A stretch of 56,131 nt of DNA from IMG/VR virus record IMGVR_UViG_3300002143_000137; one strand, written 5' to 3'. The stretch's first letter is position 1. Each line of letters begins with the position of its first letter. Source of the stretch: a virus. Made by a program: the position numbers and the translations under genes. Positions 28,921 through 37,765 of this stretch are shown piece by piece. Under the pieces are notes generated by a model that saw only the letters and a program-made list of their open reading frames with translations, was not told the DNA's origin and ran no database searches.

Positions 28921-29940
28921 TTAATAAGTCTGGCCACGTCGACGCTTCATATCCCCGATAACATCGGTGCGCGTCTTCGGTGGCGGTTCGTCGTGTCCCA
29001 GTGTCATGGCTGCATTTGCGCCACTCACTGCCACCATCGCTTGCCGCTTTCTCTGCGAACGATCTGACAAACCGGCGTTGCCGCTCTTGGCTTTAAGCCA
29101 ATTGCGTACTCTGTTGCCCGCCTCTTGCATGATTTGGTAGGGCTCTAACTCCGGGTTTTCATTCGCTATTTCTAGCGTGAATCTGTCAGCCATTCCGAAT
29201 AGTTCCGGGTCGCTGGCAACATCGTTAAATTCAGCTTTAAACTTGCTTGCGGCACTTTGCAGTGCGCTTACTCGTTCACGCTGTTCAATTGCAGCATTTG
29301 CCGCTTGCTGCGCGCGCTGGTCGATTTCATCGTGACTTATCGCGTTATGGGTAGGCTGCTGCCGCCCGGCTGCAAATAATTTCGCCAGTGCTTTTTTGGC
29401 TGTTTCGTCATCGCCTGAATAAATTGCTTCCAGTGCGGTGCCTACTTCAGCTTCAACGTCATCGCTCGCGCCCGGTGTACCGGGTGGCTTGCTTTGCTGC
29501 TGCGCTTGTTGAGAGCGCAGCAAAAATTCCTGTTCTCGTTGCCGTAATTCCAAGTCCCTTCGTTCTAGCTCCCGCTCCATCTGGGATGCTGCCGCCAAGC
29601 GTTTATCGCCTGCCAAATACTTCTGAGCGTTGGCCACCATCTTAGATTTTGGTAGGTCTATTTTCTGACCATCGACAATCAAGTGGTAAACATCGTCTTC
29701 GTCATCCGGCTGCTCGCGCTTCGGTTCCAGCTCGGCAGTAGTGGTACCTTCACCATCGCCATCGCCCCCCTCTGCTCGCTCCTCGCGACGGCGGCGAACC
29801 AGGTCTTGCATTGCCGCGCTACGAGGATCTATGCCCGCGTTAACTTCCGCTTCAGCGCTTCCATTCTCGCTTGAAGTATTTGCCTCCATTTCATTGCGCG
29901 GAATGTCCCCATCTATATTTTTTGTGCTGTCTCTCGACAT
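28921..29940 (-). CDS. Scaffolding protein (339 aa)
   Basis: Acidic, E/Q/A/R-rich and coiled-coil-like. Lies between the portal and capsid genes. AGGAG SD present. Confidence 0.7.
   Translation of the reverse strand: MSRDSTKNIDGDIPRNEMEANTSSENGSAEAEVNAGIDPRSAAMQDLVRRRREERAEGGDGDGEGTTTAELEPKREQPDDEDDVYHLIVDGQKIDLPKSKMVANAQKYLAGDKRLAAASQMERELERRDLELRQREQEFLLRSQQAQQQSKPPGTPGASDDVEAEVGTALEAIYSGDDETAKKALAKLFAAGRQQPTHNAISHDEIDQRAQQAANAAIEQRERVSALQSAASKFKAEFNDVASDPELFGMADRFTLEIANENPELEPYQIMQEAGNRVRNWLKAKSGNAGLSDRSQRKRQAMVAVSGANAAMTLGHDEPPPKTRTDVIGDMKRRRGQTY
29875..29909 (-). promoter_or_regulatory. Late promoter-like motif copy 3 (inside the scaffold gene 5' end)
   Basis: Minus strand reads GGACATTCCGCGC, 17 nt, AATACT. 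Confidence 0.3.
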
Positions 29941-29984
29941 GACATACTCCTGTGCCGCCCTTTACGGGTGGGCTTTGGTTGCGG

Positions 29985-30317
29985 CTAGGCCAAGGGGCCG
30001 TCGCCAAAAGAATCCTCGTGATCGCGCTCCTCAAGTGCTAACTGGGCCTGCTCACCGTTTGATACGGCTTCACTAATAAACCGCATCGCCATCTGCGCCC
30101 CGCGCGCCTCTGCGTGACGCTTAATAAACTCGTCCGTGCCTGGCGTAGCAGACTTCAGCACCCACGAATTAAACTCCCCGACCACGACGCGACAGCGGCC
30201 AAGCAAATACCGGCCGGGTGTTGTGCGCAGGAAGTTTTCCATCTCAATGCCGACTTGCGCTTCCGCAAAAAGAAATTCATCGCTTACCGTTTCGAGGTCG
30301 ATAACGTCAGATTCCAC
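29985..30317 (-). CDS. Acidic hypothetical protein (110 aa, GTG start)
   Basis: ORF lies between the portal and scaffold genes. Confidence 0.5.
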   Translation of the reverse strand: MESDVIDLETVSDEFLFAEAQVGIEMENFLRTTPGRYLLGRCRVVVGEFNSWVLKSATPGTDEFIKRHAEARGAQMAMRFISEAVSNGEQAQLALEERDHEDSFGDGPLA

Positions 30318-32460
30318 TACCCATCTCCTGTTTCAACATCATTTCGTTAGTGCGGTTGCGCTCAGCCAATGCCACGGTGTCGCGCTTGGTTTTGTCTTTC
30401 TGAAATTCCAAGGCTTCGCGTCGATCTTCGCGCTCGCGCTCAAAATCAAGGCGGGCATACAGTTGGCTTAACGAGATATTTTCGCGTGCGGCAATATCCG
30501 CCATGCGCAGCTCGCGTTCCTGCTCAAGTCGCCGGTTTTCTAGGTCGAATTTCTGCTTAATCTCCTGCTCTTTAAGCTGGTATTGCAGCATTTCGGGGGA
30601 TGGTGGCGGCTGTTGTTGTTCCTGGCCTTCTGGTGGTGTAAAGAAGCGCTTGCCGTTTTTGTAGCCCAGGGCGCCAAAAACTTCGGTAATGACTTCCTCG
30701 ACGTTCACCTTTTCCATTGCGCCCGGCAGGCCGGCCACGGTACTGATACCGTAGGCTAGGCGCTCGACTTTTTGCTGTGGATTGGTGGCGCCCATGCCGA
30801 CGTTGACCGTCAGTGATAGCTCTTTCATTAGCAGCTCGTCAGTCACTTCGGAGACGCCAAACTTTTCCAGTTTTGCAGTTTCGGAGGCGAGCGCTAATAC
30901 CACTGCGTCATTTTCGTAATGCTGTTCGAGCAAGAGTAGTTGGCGCAAAACCGGCTCCACCCACGTCTCAACGAAACAGCGAATGGTGTACTCGCTCACT
31001 GCCGAGGCAGACGAGTTCATAATATTCATGCCGCCCACGGTTTCGTTTAAATTGCGATTACTGCTGACCGAGGACTGACTGAGCGAGCCCATCATTTCGT
31101 CAATCTGCACATCAAAACGATCTTGCTCGTTGTAGCTTGAGCTGGTGACATCGGATGTTTCCAATACCCGCACATCCTTTTCGGGGTCTTGGGTAACCAC
31201 GGCGCCACCTGGCACATTGCGCATCAGCGCGGAGGTGTCGATATTCTGGCCGCGCTTGAGTAGGTAGCGCTTATTCAGCACCAGTGCGACGTTATCGCTA
31301 CGCTGGTTCTGGACATCGTTCGTGCCTTCCTGAAGGCCTTCGATCATTTGCGTGTGCGCGGCAGGAATGGCTTTGTGCGCCTCGATGTTAGAGATACCGA
31401 TAACGATCGGTCGCTTGCCATGGAAATACACTTCATCCAGTGGCGCCGGGTCGCTCAGTAATCGGTCGCTACCAAGCGTCCAGAACACATACTCCTCACC
31501 ATTCACCCGCACAAAGTTTTCGTGGCAATCGATTAGCGAGTAAATACCTTGGTCCACATCGGCACTATCGCTTCGGCCGGCCTCGCGCGCGCTGCGAGTG
31601 CTGTCGTGATCGCTAACTTTGTGCGACAAAAGCGTGGCCAGTGAGTAGCTTTTCCAGGCTTGCTGCCCAGGACGCGACTGCTGCATTCGCTCAAGCACGT
31701 CGCAAGCAAACAGCGGCGCCATGCGAATAAAGTACGGACTTGAATTTACCGGCTCGCGCCAATCGGCGGCTGGATGAAAGCGCATGTTTTCCGGCATAAG
31801 CAGATCAATATTGGGGCAATCTCTCACTAGCTTAGTTTTTTTGTGGGTTACGTACTCGCCGTCATCACCGACAATCGGCTGACCACTGGAATCGTAAACA
31901 ATACTTTCCACCTCGCGCTCAAGGTAATCCCAGTATTGATAACTGCCACAAATACCGTAGTTTTGCGTGTCCTGGAATGCGCCAACGGTCGTTAGGAACC
32001 ACGGTATTGTGTGCTGCAAGCGATATTCGAGCAGTGCATGGCCAATGGCGGCAGACGCCTTTGATTCTTGCCGCTCGTCGTTTTGAGGCGTTACTGACAC
32101 CAGGTCATTGGTAGAGAACATCGCCGCGGCAATCGCCGCTTCATTCTGCCGCACCGAGGCGCGCGTCTTCGGCCTAAATATGCGTGATCGTTTTTGGTAT
32201 GCCGGCGAATTGTATTTGGAGCCAGGTGCAAAGCGGCTATTGAAGTGCGCTAAGTTTTTCTCCCACTGTCTGCGCAGCGACATATCAAGCCAGGATGTCG
32301 ACTGACGAAACGCATTGGCCGACAAATCGATCCAAAATTGATCCTGCTTGGTTTGCAGTTCGTCGCCAGTCAACTCTTCTATGCCAGACATATCCTCGGC
32401 GGCCATGTTTTCCACGCTACCAAGCTGCTCTACACTTTTACTGCTGTTATTTTGCGCCAT
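30307..32460 (-). CDS. Portal protein (717 aa from the ATG at 32460)
   Basis: Size, and position immediately after the terminase block and before scaffold/capsid. Confidence 0.7.
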   Translation of the reverse strand: MAQNNSSKSVEQLGSVENMAAEDMSGIEELTGDELQTKQDQFWIDLSANAFRQSTSWLDMSLRRQWEKNLAHFNSRFAPGSKYNSPAYQKRSRIFRPKTRASVRQNEAAIAAAMFSTNDLVSVTPQNDERQESKASAAIGHALLEYRLQHTIPWFLTTVGAFQDTQNYGICGSYQYWDYLEREVESIVYDSSGQPIVGDDGEYVTHKKTKLVRDCPNIDLLMPENMRFHPAADWREPVNSSPYFIRMAPLFACDVLERMQQSRPGQQAWKSYSLATLLSHKVSDHDSTRSAREAGRSDSADVDQGIYSLIDCHENFVRVNGEEYVFWTLGSDRLLSDPAPLDEVYFHGKRPIVIGISNIEAHKAIPAAHTQMIEGLQEGTNDVQNQRSDNVALVLNKRYLLKRGQNIDTSALMRNVPGGAVVTQDPEKDVRVLETSDVTSSSYNEQDRFDVQIDEMMGSLSQSSVSSNRNLNETVGGMNIMNSSASAVSEYTIRCFVETWVEPVLRQLLLLEQHYENDAVVLALASETAKLEKFGVSEVTDELLMKELSLTVNVGMGATNPQQKVERLAYGISTVAGLPGAMEKVNVEEVITEVFGALGYKNGKRFFTPPEGQEQQQPPPSPEMLQYQLKEQEIKQKFDLENRRLEQERELRMADIAARENISLSQLYARLDFEREREDRREALEFQKDKTKRDTVALAERNRTNEMMLKQEMGSGI

Positions 32461-32800
32461 CGAATACCGGCCTTTTTGCAAAATCCCGCTTTAAGTCTAG
32501 GATTGCATCCGCGCTTACTTCGCCGCGCTGCATCTTAAACCGCTCTAAAATTTCACCACCCGCCCGCATGACTTTGGATTTAAAGTCGTCCTCGCTGCGC
32601 AGCTTATCGAGGTGCAAGTAGTAGCCATGCGACCCGCTTAACGCCAAATTGCGCACGGTCGCCACGGTCTTTTGCACATGCACGGCCCATAAGTGTCCGG
32701 GGTAATGCTTGTGTAAATTCTCAGCAATACGCCAAGCGACGTACTCTTCCGCAGGTGTCGGCCTATCTGGCGCGTCATTCTTCAGGCTGGCTTGGCTCAT
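32447..32800 (-). CDS. Hypothetical protein (117 aa)
   Basis: ORF lies between the terminase and portal genes. Confidence 0.5.
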   Translation of the reverse strand: MSQASLKNDAPDRPTPAEEYVAWRIAENLHKHYPGHLWAVHVQKTVATVRNLALSGSHGYYLHLDKLRSEDDFKSKVMRAGGEILERFKMQRGEVSADAILDLKRDFAKRPVFDGAK

Positions 32801-32942
32801 CTAGCTCAATATCCTTAAATGGGTTGTGGTCTTCGCGCTCGACTTTCGTCACGCGGTTGCCGAAGTGATAGGCCGGCACAAATCGGGCTCTACGCCCTTC
32901 CGCTTGCTCTACCAGTGCTTTTGCATCAAATACTTTCGCCAT
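32775..32942 (-). CDS. Possible small ORF (55 aa) coupled to the terL stop
   Basis: ATGA overlap with the terL stop. Sequence MAKVFDAKALVEQAEGRRARFVPAYHFGNRV... Below the ORF-track cutoff. Confidence 0.35.
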   Translation of the reverse strand: MAKVFDAKALVEQAEGRRARFVPAYHFGNRVTKVEREDHNPFKDIELDEPSQPEE

Positions 32943-34501
32943 CACGCATACTCAGGTTCGTAATACTCGCCGCCATATAACGCGCTATCGTCGCCAGGCT
33001 CGTAGCTCATTGCTGAATCACCAATTGGCACCGGCTCTGCAAAGGTCAACGCCACCGCATCGCCCTCGTCCGGAGAGCGCAGGAGACGCTTTTTCATCTC
33101 CTCTTTTTTCTCAAGCTGCCAGCGGCCATTGCTGTCAAACTTGTACTGCACGGCGCCAATGTCGCTCGCCAGGCTGTCGGTGTCCGGGATCTTTACCGGC
33201 GCATCCTTGAGCCATTCCCGAAACTCGCCCCACATTTCAGTGCGCTTGTTAAAGTAGTGCTTGTCGTCAATCGCTCGCTCGGAGCTATTCACCGCTACTA
33301 CAATGTCACCAAGACCTAGCTCGCGAAGCCGGTCGACAACACCAGCACCCACACCAATCACATCGACAAATATCCGTTTAAAGCGGTACTGGCGATGCAG
33401 CACCATGACCTCGCCTACCGTGTCCATCGTGCTGTACTTGAGCTTGCGCTTGACCCAGTGAACAACGCGGCCCTCGCGAAACGCGAAAGTAGTCGCGTCA
33501 TCACCAAAGCGTGCTACGTCGACACCCAGCACCGGAGCGCCAAACGGGTCGGCGCTCGCCTTCCTTGCGCGCTCAATCAAACTTGCCACTATGAAAGCAG
33601 CGTCCGCACTTGCGCGGAATGCTTCTTGTGGCGTGAAGGGGTACTCTTGCTTGAATAATTCAGGGCCAAGCTCGGCAATTTTGTCGCGGCGCCACGCCAT
33701 TTGCTCAAGGTCTAAACCGTAAAGCCTGGCGATTTCTTCCTCGTCATCATCTAGCTTTATCGGCTTATCAAGGCGGTAGCCGTCATCCCAGTGCCACGGC
33801 ACAAACACCGCTTCAAAGTCGCTATCCCCTTTCTCGGCCTTCACCCACTGCTCGTGGAAGTAGTTACCGATACCGTTCGCCGTCGACTCCAAGAATATTT
33901 CCGTGCCTCGAGCTTCCCGGCCCATTGGAATCGCCTGCATCAAGCCCGCAGCATGCTCCTCGGCGTGCGGCCAGAACGCCACCTCCGAGCCATGCAAAAA
34001 TTGCAGCGTTGAAGATCGGCCAGCGCCTTTATTCCCCGCGGTACCGACTTTAAAAGCACTATTGAGCCCGTCGAATACCAATTCCTTAGCGTTACTTGCA
34101 CCAAGCTGTGGCTTGACCATTGACGGCAAGTGCTCGTAATACCGCTCGGTCATCTCGAATAAGTTATCGGTCGCCGCTTGTTCGTGCGTAAGAATGTAGG
34201 AGCGCACACCGCGGCGGCGCGTGACCTTCCAAATTGCGCGCCCTTCGATATACGTCGACGCCCCTTGCTGCCGACCCTTGAGCAAGATCATTCGCACATA
34301 GCCGCGCGCTTTAAGCTGAGCTTCGGCTTTGTCGTGGATGTAGAGCTGCGCCCGGTTGAGCGTTAACGGCTTTATCTCGCCGGCTTTAGGTCGAATGCGC
34401 AGGCATTGCTCGGCGTAGAATTGAAAATCCTGGTCAAACGCCTGGTTTAAACGCTTCTGGCGCTCAATCAGCTCGGGGTCAAGGTCAATGCGCCTTCCCA
34501 T
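32942..34501 (-). CDS. terL: Terminase large subunit
   Basis: Walker-A-like LLKGRQQGAST plus a nuclease-like C-terminal half. Overlaps the terS stop. Confidence 0.85.
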   Translation of the reverse strand: MGRRIDLDPELIERQKRLNQAFDQDFQFYAEQCLRIRPKAGEIKPLTLNRAQLYIHDKAEAQLKARGYVRMILLKGRQQGASTYIEGRAIWKVTRRRGVRSYILTHEQAATDNLFEMTERYYEHLPSMVKPQLGASNAKELVFDGLNSAFKVGTAGNKGAGRSSTLQFLHGSEVAFWPHAEEHAAGLMQAIPMGREARGTEIFLESTANGIGNYFHEQWVKAEKGDSDFEAVFVPWHWDDGYRLDKPIKLDDDEEEIARLYGLDLEQMAWRRDKIAELGPELFKQEYPFTPQEAFRASADAAFIVASLIERARKASADPFGAPVLGVDVARFGDDATTFAFREGRVVHWVKRKLKYSTMDTVGEVMVLHRQYRFKRIFVDVIGVGAGVVDRLRELGLGDIVVAVNSSERAIDDKHYFNKRTEMWGEFREWLKDAPVKIPDTDSLASDIGAVQYKFDSNGRWQLEKKEEMKKRLLRSPDEGDAVALTFAEPVPIGDSAMSYEPGDDSALYGGEYYEPEYA

Positions 34502-35159
34502 GGCGGCCCTCCATTGCCTTTTCCATCTGCGTTACCCACTGCTCCATCGTGATCCCTTCGCTTATCTCCAGCACATCCTTGAACATGCCGAAATGGCGGC
34601 CGATATTTTCTAACGCCTTAGTTGCGCCAGCAGGATTGAATGTCAGTTGGAAAACGGCCTCGCCATTTTCGTCGAGCTTGATTATAGGAACGTGGCCAAG
34701 GCACTTTTCAGCGACTTCGTGGAGCGATGCGAGCACATACGACTCGTCAATTAAGACGTGCTTGCGGATTTCGATCTGCAGCTTTTCCACCTCAGCGACG
34801 ATCCTGGGGTGGCGCATAATGACGTGGCCGTGAGAGTTAATGCTGGTGTCGGCATAGCCACCAGCGCGCAGCGCCTCAACCGGGTTTCGGTCAATCACAA
34901 AGCGCTCAGCAATCGTCCTGGCCTTGTCTGCGCTTGGGTTAAACCAGGTAAACACTTTTTCTACGTAGGATTTCGTGGCGGATTTCGCCGGATTGCGCGT
35001 GCTAGGCCCGCTCTTAACTGGACGCTTTTTGGCGGGGGCTTTGGGCTTTGCTTTGGGTTTTGCTGCGGCCTTTGCTGCCAGTTTTTTAGTGGCGGCGGCC
35101 TTGGGTAGTGCTTTTGGTAGCGCTTTGGGCGCAGTTGGTGCGGTCTTCTTAGCGGTCAT
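34485..35159 (-). CDS. terS: Terminase small subunit (Terminase_2-like) with a Lys/Ala/Pro-rich N-terminal tail
   Basis: RFVIDRNPVEALRAGGYADTSINSHGHVIMRHPRIVAEVEKL. The N-terminus reads KALPKALPKAAATKKLAAKAAAKPKAKPKAPAKKRP. Confidence 0.8.
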   Translation of the reverse strand: MTAKKTAPTAPKALPKALPKAAATKKLAAKAAAKPKAKPKAPAKKRPVKSGPSTRNPAKSATKSYVEKVFTWFNPSADKARTIAERFVIDRNPVEALRAGGYADTSINSHGHVIMRHPRIVAEVEKLQIEIRKHVLIDESYVLASLHEVAEKCLGHVPIIKLDENGEAVFQLTFNPAGATKALENIGRHFGMFKDVLEISEGITMEQWVTQMEKAMEGRHGKAH

Positions 35160-35228
35160 GCTCTTTCCATCTAGGTGGACAGGTCTGTTTCACAACAGTC
35201 CGTGTCGCCATCGCGGCGAGGAGTGGCT

Positions 35229-35264
35229 AATCTACTTGGTAAAAATTTTGCGCGGAATGTCCTA
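35229..35264 (-). promoter_or_regulatory. Late promoter-like motif copy 4 (upstream of terS)
   Basis: Minus strand reads AGGACATTCCGCGC, 17 nt, TAGATT. Confidence 0.45.
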
Positions 35265-35450
35265 TTCTTCGTCAACCAAGTACAAAAAGACGTTAGGTAA
35301 TGCCACCTCGATTTGCCCTAGCAACGATTCATTAATGCCCTGTGCAATTTCATTTATCACGGCAATCAGCAAATTCACTTTGCTTTCTAGCTCAGCTATC
35401 CGATCCTCAGCCTCAGTGTTGACTGGGGGTAGTTGAAGTCTTTTGGCCAT
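35262..35450 (-). CDS. Small coiled-coil protein (62 aa, fibre assembly candidate)
   Basis: Start is coupled to the stop of the tail-collar protein. Confidence 0.45.
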   Translation of the reverse strand: MAKRLQLPPVNTEAEDRIAELESKVNLLIAVINEIAQGINESLLGQIEVALPNVFLYLVDEE

Positions 35451-36052
35451 TACTGCGCTCCCGCGTAAATAATCCAGTTGCCGGCTAAGGATGGTGGCCG
35501 GTTGTCGATAGTTCCCAAGTTGGAAGATATGGTGTGATTATGATTCGCAGGAGCAGCCGTCTCGCCAGGAAGGAGGCCACTTACCGCGACTGACCCCGCA
35601 TTGCCCGTATTTCCGCCGTGGTTGTGCGCTAAATTGTGAGACGCAGCGCCAATGGATGAGCCAAGTGAAATACTGCCACCAGACCCGGTAAATGCCAGAC
35701 CGTTTAGATTTGGCAGCCGAAATGTTGTGGAGCCATCGCCAGCACCAAACAAATGAGTGGCCCCAGTAATAAGGCTGTTTGTGTTGGCCCACTCGAAAAG
35801 CCATTGGTATGTGCTGCGACTTACCGTGCCGCCAATGCAAAGCAGCCACCCTTTCGGTGCCGCGCCAGTCATCCAGGCCGATAGCGCGCCAACAGGAGTG
35901 CCTATAACAGCCTCGCCGCCGCCGAAAAACGTAGCGATCAGTTGACCTCGCCGCATAGCAACATGAGCAAACGCCCCGGAGTCGGGTTGTCGTGTTTCAC
36001 CAGTTGTTGCCAGCGAGTGTGGCAATTGTATGCCGCTCGAAAATCTATCCAT
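35450..36052 (-). CDS. Tail-collar-domain fibre protein (200 aa from the ATG at 36052)
   Basis: PKGWLLCIGGTVSRSTYQWLFEW...GDGSTTFRLPNLNGLAFTG matches the phage tail collar pattern. Confidence 0.75.
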   Translation of the reverse strand: MDRFSSGIQLPHSLATTGETRQPDSGAFAHVAMRRGQLIATFFGGGEAVIGTPVGALSAWMTGAAPKGWLLCIGGTVSRSTYQWLFEWANTNSLITGATHLFGAGDGSTTFRLPNLNGLAFTGSGGSISLGSSIGAASHNLAHNHGGNTGNAGSVAVSGLLPGETAAPANHNHTISSNLGTIDNRPPSLAGNWIIYAGAQ

Positions 36053-36263
36053 GCGGTAAAAATCTCCCCCGCTCGTCCCTGGTCGGTTTAGTTTGCTTTT
36101 CCAATCGTGCAATGCGCTTTTCTAACGCATCAAATTGCGGCCAAACTATTTCCAGCATGGCGCGCACATCCCGAGCCCTTTCAGCCCGGTAGTGCATAAT
36201 CCCCATGCTGGTCATAGTGGCAAGATTTGCGACGAACCAGGCTTGAAATTGTTCGTCGCTCAT
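36045..36263 (-). CDS. Hypothetical protein (72 aa)
   Basis: ORF within the fibre cassette. Confidence 0.4.
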   Translation of the reverse strand: MSDEQFQAWFVANLATMTSMGIMHYRAERARDVRAMLEIVWPQFDALEKRIARLEKQTKPTRDERGRFLPHG

Positions 36264-36265
36264 CT

Positions 36266-37087
36266 TTACGCGGTTGCTTCGGCGCCGAGTACGGTTACAC
36301 GCACACCCGTTAACGCGATCAACGAAGTCAGCGTTAAGCTGTTCGCATCAACCGAGTCAATATCAACGCTGATCTGGCTGTTACCCAGCATACAGTTCAC
36401 GACAAACGCATCGCGATCTTGTAGCGCCAGGTTGTGAGTCACCGTCGCAGGCGTGGCCGCCGTCAAGTTGAGTGACTGAGTATATTGGCGTGCGAGATTG
36501 CGGTTTTTAATTGACTGCTCAAGCTTTTCGGACGTAATGACCTTGGTGCCGCCAGAGCCATCATCAGCCTCAGTTTGGCTAGCCAGGCGCACATTACCCA
36601 GTACCGCCTCGGTGGCCTCGGCATCATTACGCTGAATAGCGTAGGCTTGGGTGGTGCTGGTGAAAAGGATCTGATCGCCCACTTCCAGTGATTGACTGCC
36701 AACCAGTGTGACACCACTCGACCCAGCATCAAATGTGCCAGCCGTCGTGACGACATACTGATACCCGGCTTTCGCTTCGACTACTTGAGACTGGCCGCCA
36801 TCATCAATCGCAAGACTGGCATCTACTGTACCCCTGAAAATCACGTCACCATCGACATTCAATGCTTGGGCGACAAACGCGGTGCCATTCCATATTTTGA
36901 AAACGCCCGCAGCGGACGCGCCGGCCAACTGATCCTCGGTGTTGAAGATCATAAGGCCTTTATTGGCTACGCCAAGCGAGCCCTCTAGGGTAGTTTGCCC
37001 AGTATTGTCGACGTTATGAATGCGGGTATTAGTGATCTGGCCAACGCTGACCAAATCAATATCGTGGTAAAACTGTTTAGCTGTCAT
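36266..37087 (-). CDS. Tail fibre-like structural protein (273 aa)
   Basis: GNVRLASQTEADDGSGGTKVITSEKL is a fibre-type repeat motif. Confidence 0.55.
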   Translation of the reverse strand: MTAKQFYHDIDLVSVGQITNTRIHNVDNTGQTTLEGSLGVANKGLMIFNTEDQLAGASAAGVFKIWNGTAFVAQALNVDGDVIFRGTVDASLAIDDGGQSQVVEAKAGYQYVVTTAGTFDAGSSGVTLVGSQSLEVGDQILFTSTTQAYAIQRNDAEATEAVLGNVRLASQTEADDGSGGTKVITSEKLEQSIKNRNLARQYTQSLNLTAATPATVTHNLALQDRDAFVVNCMLGNSQISVDIDSVDANSLTLTSLIALTGVRVTVLGAEATA

Positions 37088-37097
37088 GGTTAATGCC

Positions 37098-37727
37098 TCA
37101 ATGTAAGACGGCTGTATGCCCGTCTAATGCAATGTTGGAGTTAATTGTTACTGTCACTGTGGTGATATTCACCACCACGCCCACCTCGTCACCAGCTCCG
37201 TTTAAAACCGCCACACTCGGGTATGCAATCCCCGATTCAGTGGTAGGTATCGACGCCGAAAACCCTGTTAACGCCTTTAGATAAACCTTGCGCGGATGAC
37301 GCTCGACGTCAATGAGGATTGTGTCTGCACTAACCGCATGACCGACTTCTGCTAAATACCCGGTGATTGGTCGCGTCTGGGTTAGCGCGCCATTCATGCC
37401 CGCATAAATTACTTGACCTGCAATCCAGCTCCACGCCGGGTTCGATAGCGTGCCTCGATACACCACTTCAAAGAGCGCGCCCGGTAAGACAGACTGCGCC
37501 GAGATTCCTAGTATTTCCCTAGTATTGGGATTGTTAGCGCTTGCTCGGTAGGCGGACTTATTGGCTTGCTGATAGACGATTTCGCCTAGCCCAATCGCTT
37601 CGCCAGCCGCTAGCCTTAGGGTTGATCCTGGCAGTAAGCCATCGACAGCCGAAGACGATCCCCGCTCACTTGCGTGTGAGCGGACGACGTTCGAGAATCT
37701 TGAGCCAGAGGATCGTGTCATGGACAC
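37098..37727 (-). CDS. Hypothetical structural protein (209 aa)
   Basis: First long ORF of the cassette upstream of the terminase genes. Confidence 0.5.
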   Translation of the reverse strand: MSMTRSSGSRFSNVVRSHASERGSSSAVDGLLPGSTLRLAAGEAIGLGEIVYQQANKSAYRASANNPNTREILGISAQSVLPGALFEVVYRGTLSNPAWSWIAGQVIYAGMNGALTQTRPITGYLAEVGHAVSADTILIDVERHPRKVYLKALTGFSASIPTTESGIAYPSVAVLNGAGDEVGVVVNITTVTVTINSNIALDGHTAVLH

Positions 37728-37729
37728 GA

Positions 37730-37765
37730 ATATTGCTAGGAATTATTGTGGCGCGGAATGTCCTG
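37730..37765 (-). promoter_or_regulatory. Late promoter-like motif copy 5
   Basis: Minus strand reads AGGACATTCCGCGC, 17 nt, CAATAT. Confidence 0.35.

Noticed and set aside
34975-35436. 153-aa plus-strand ORF over the terS start.
   Set aside because: It is a shadow of the Lys/Ala/Pro-rich terS 5' region, read antisense as an Ala/Phe/Gly-rich product, and it crosses the intergenic promoter-like motif.
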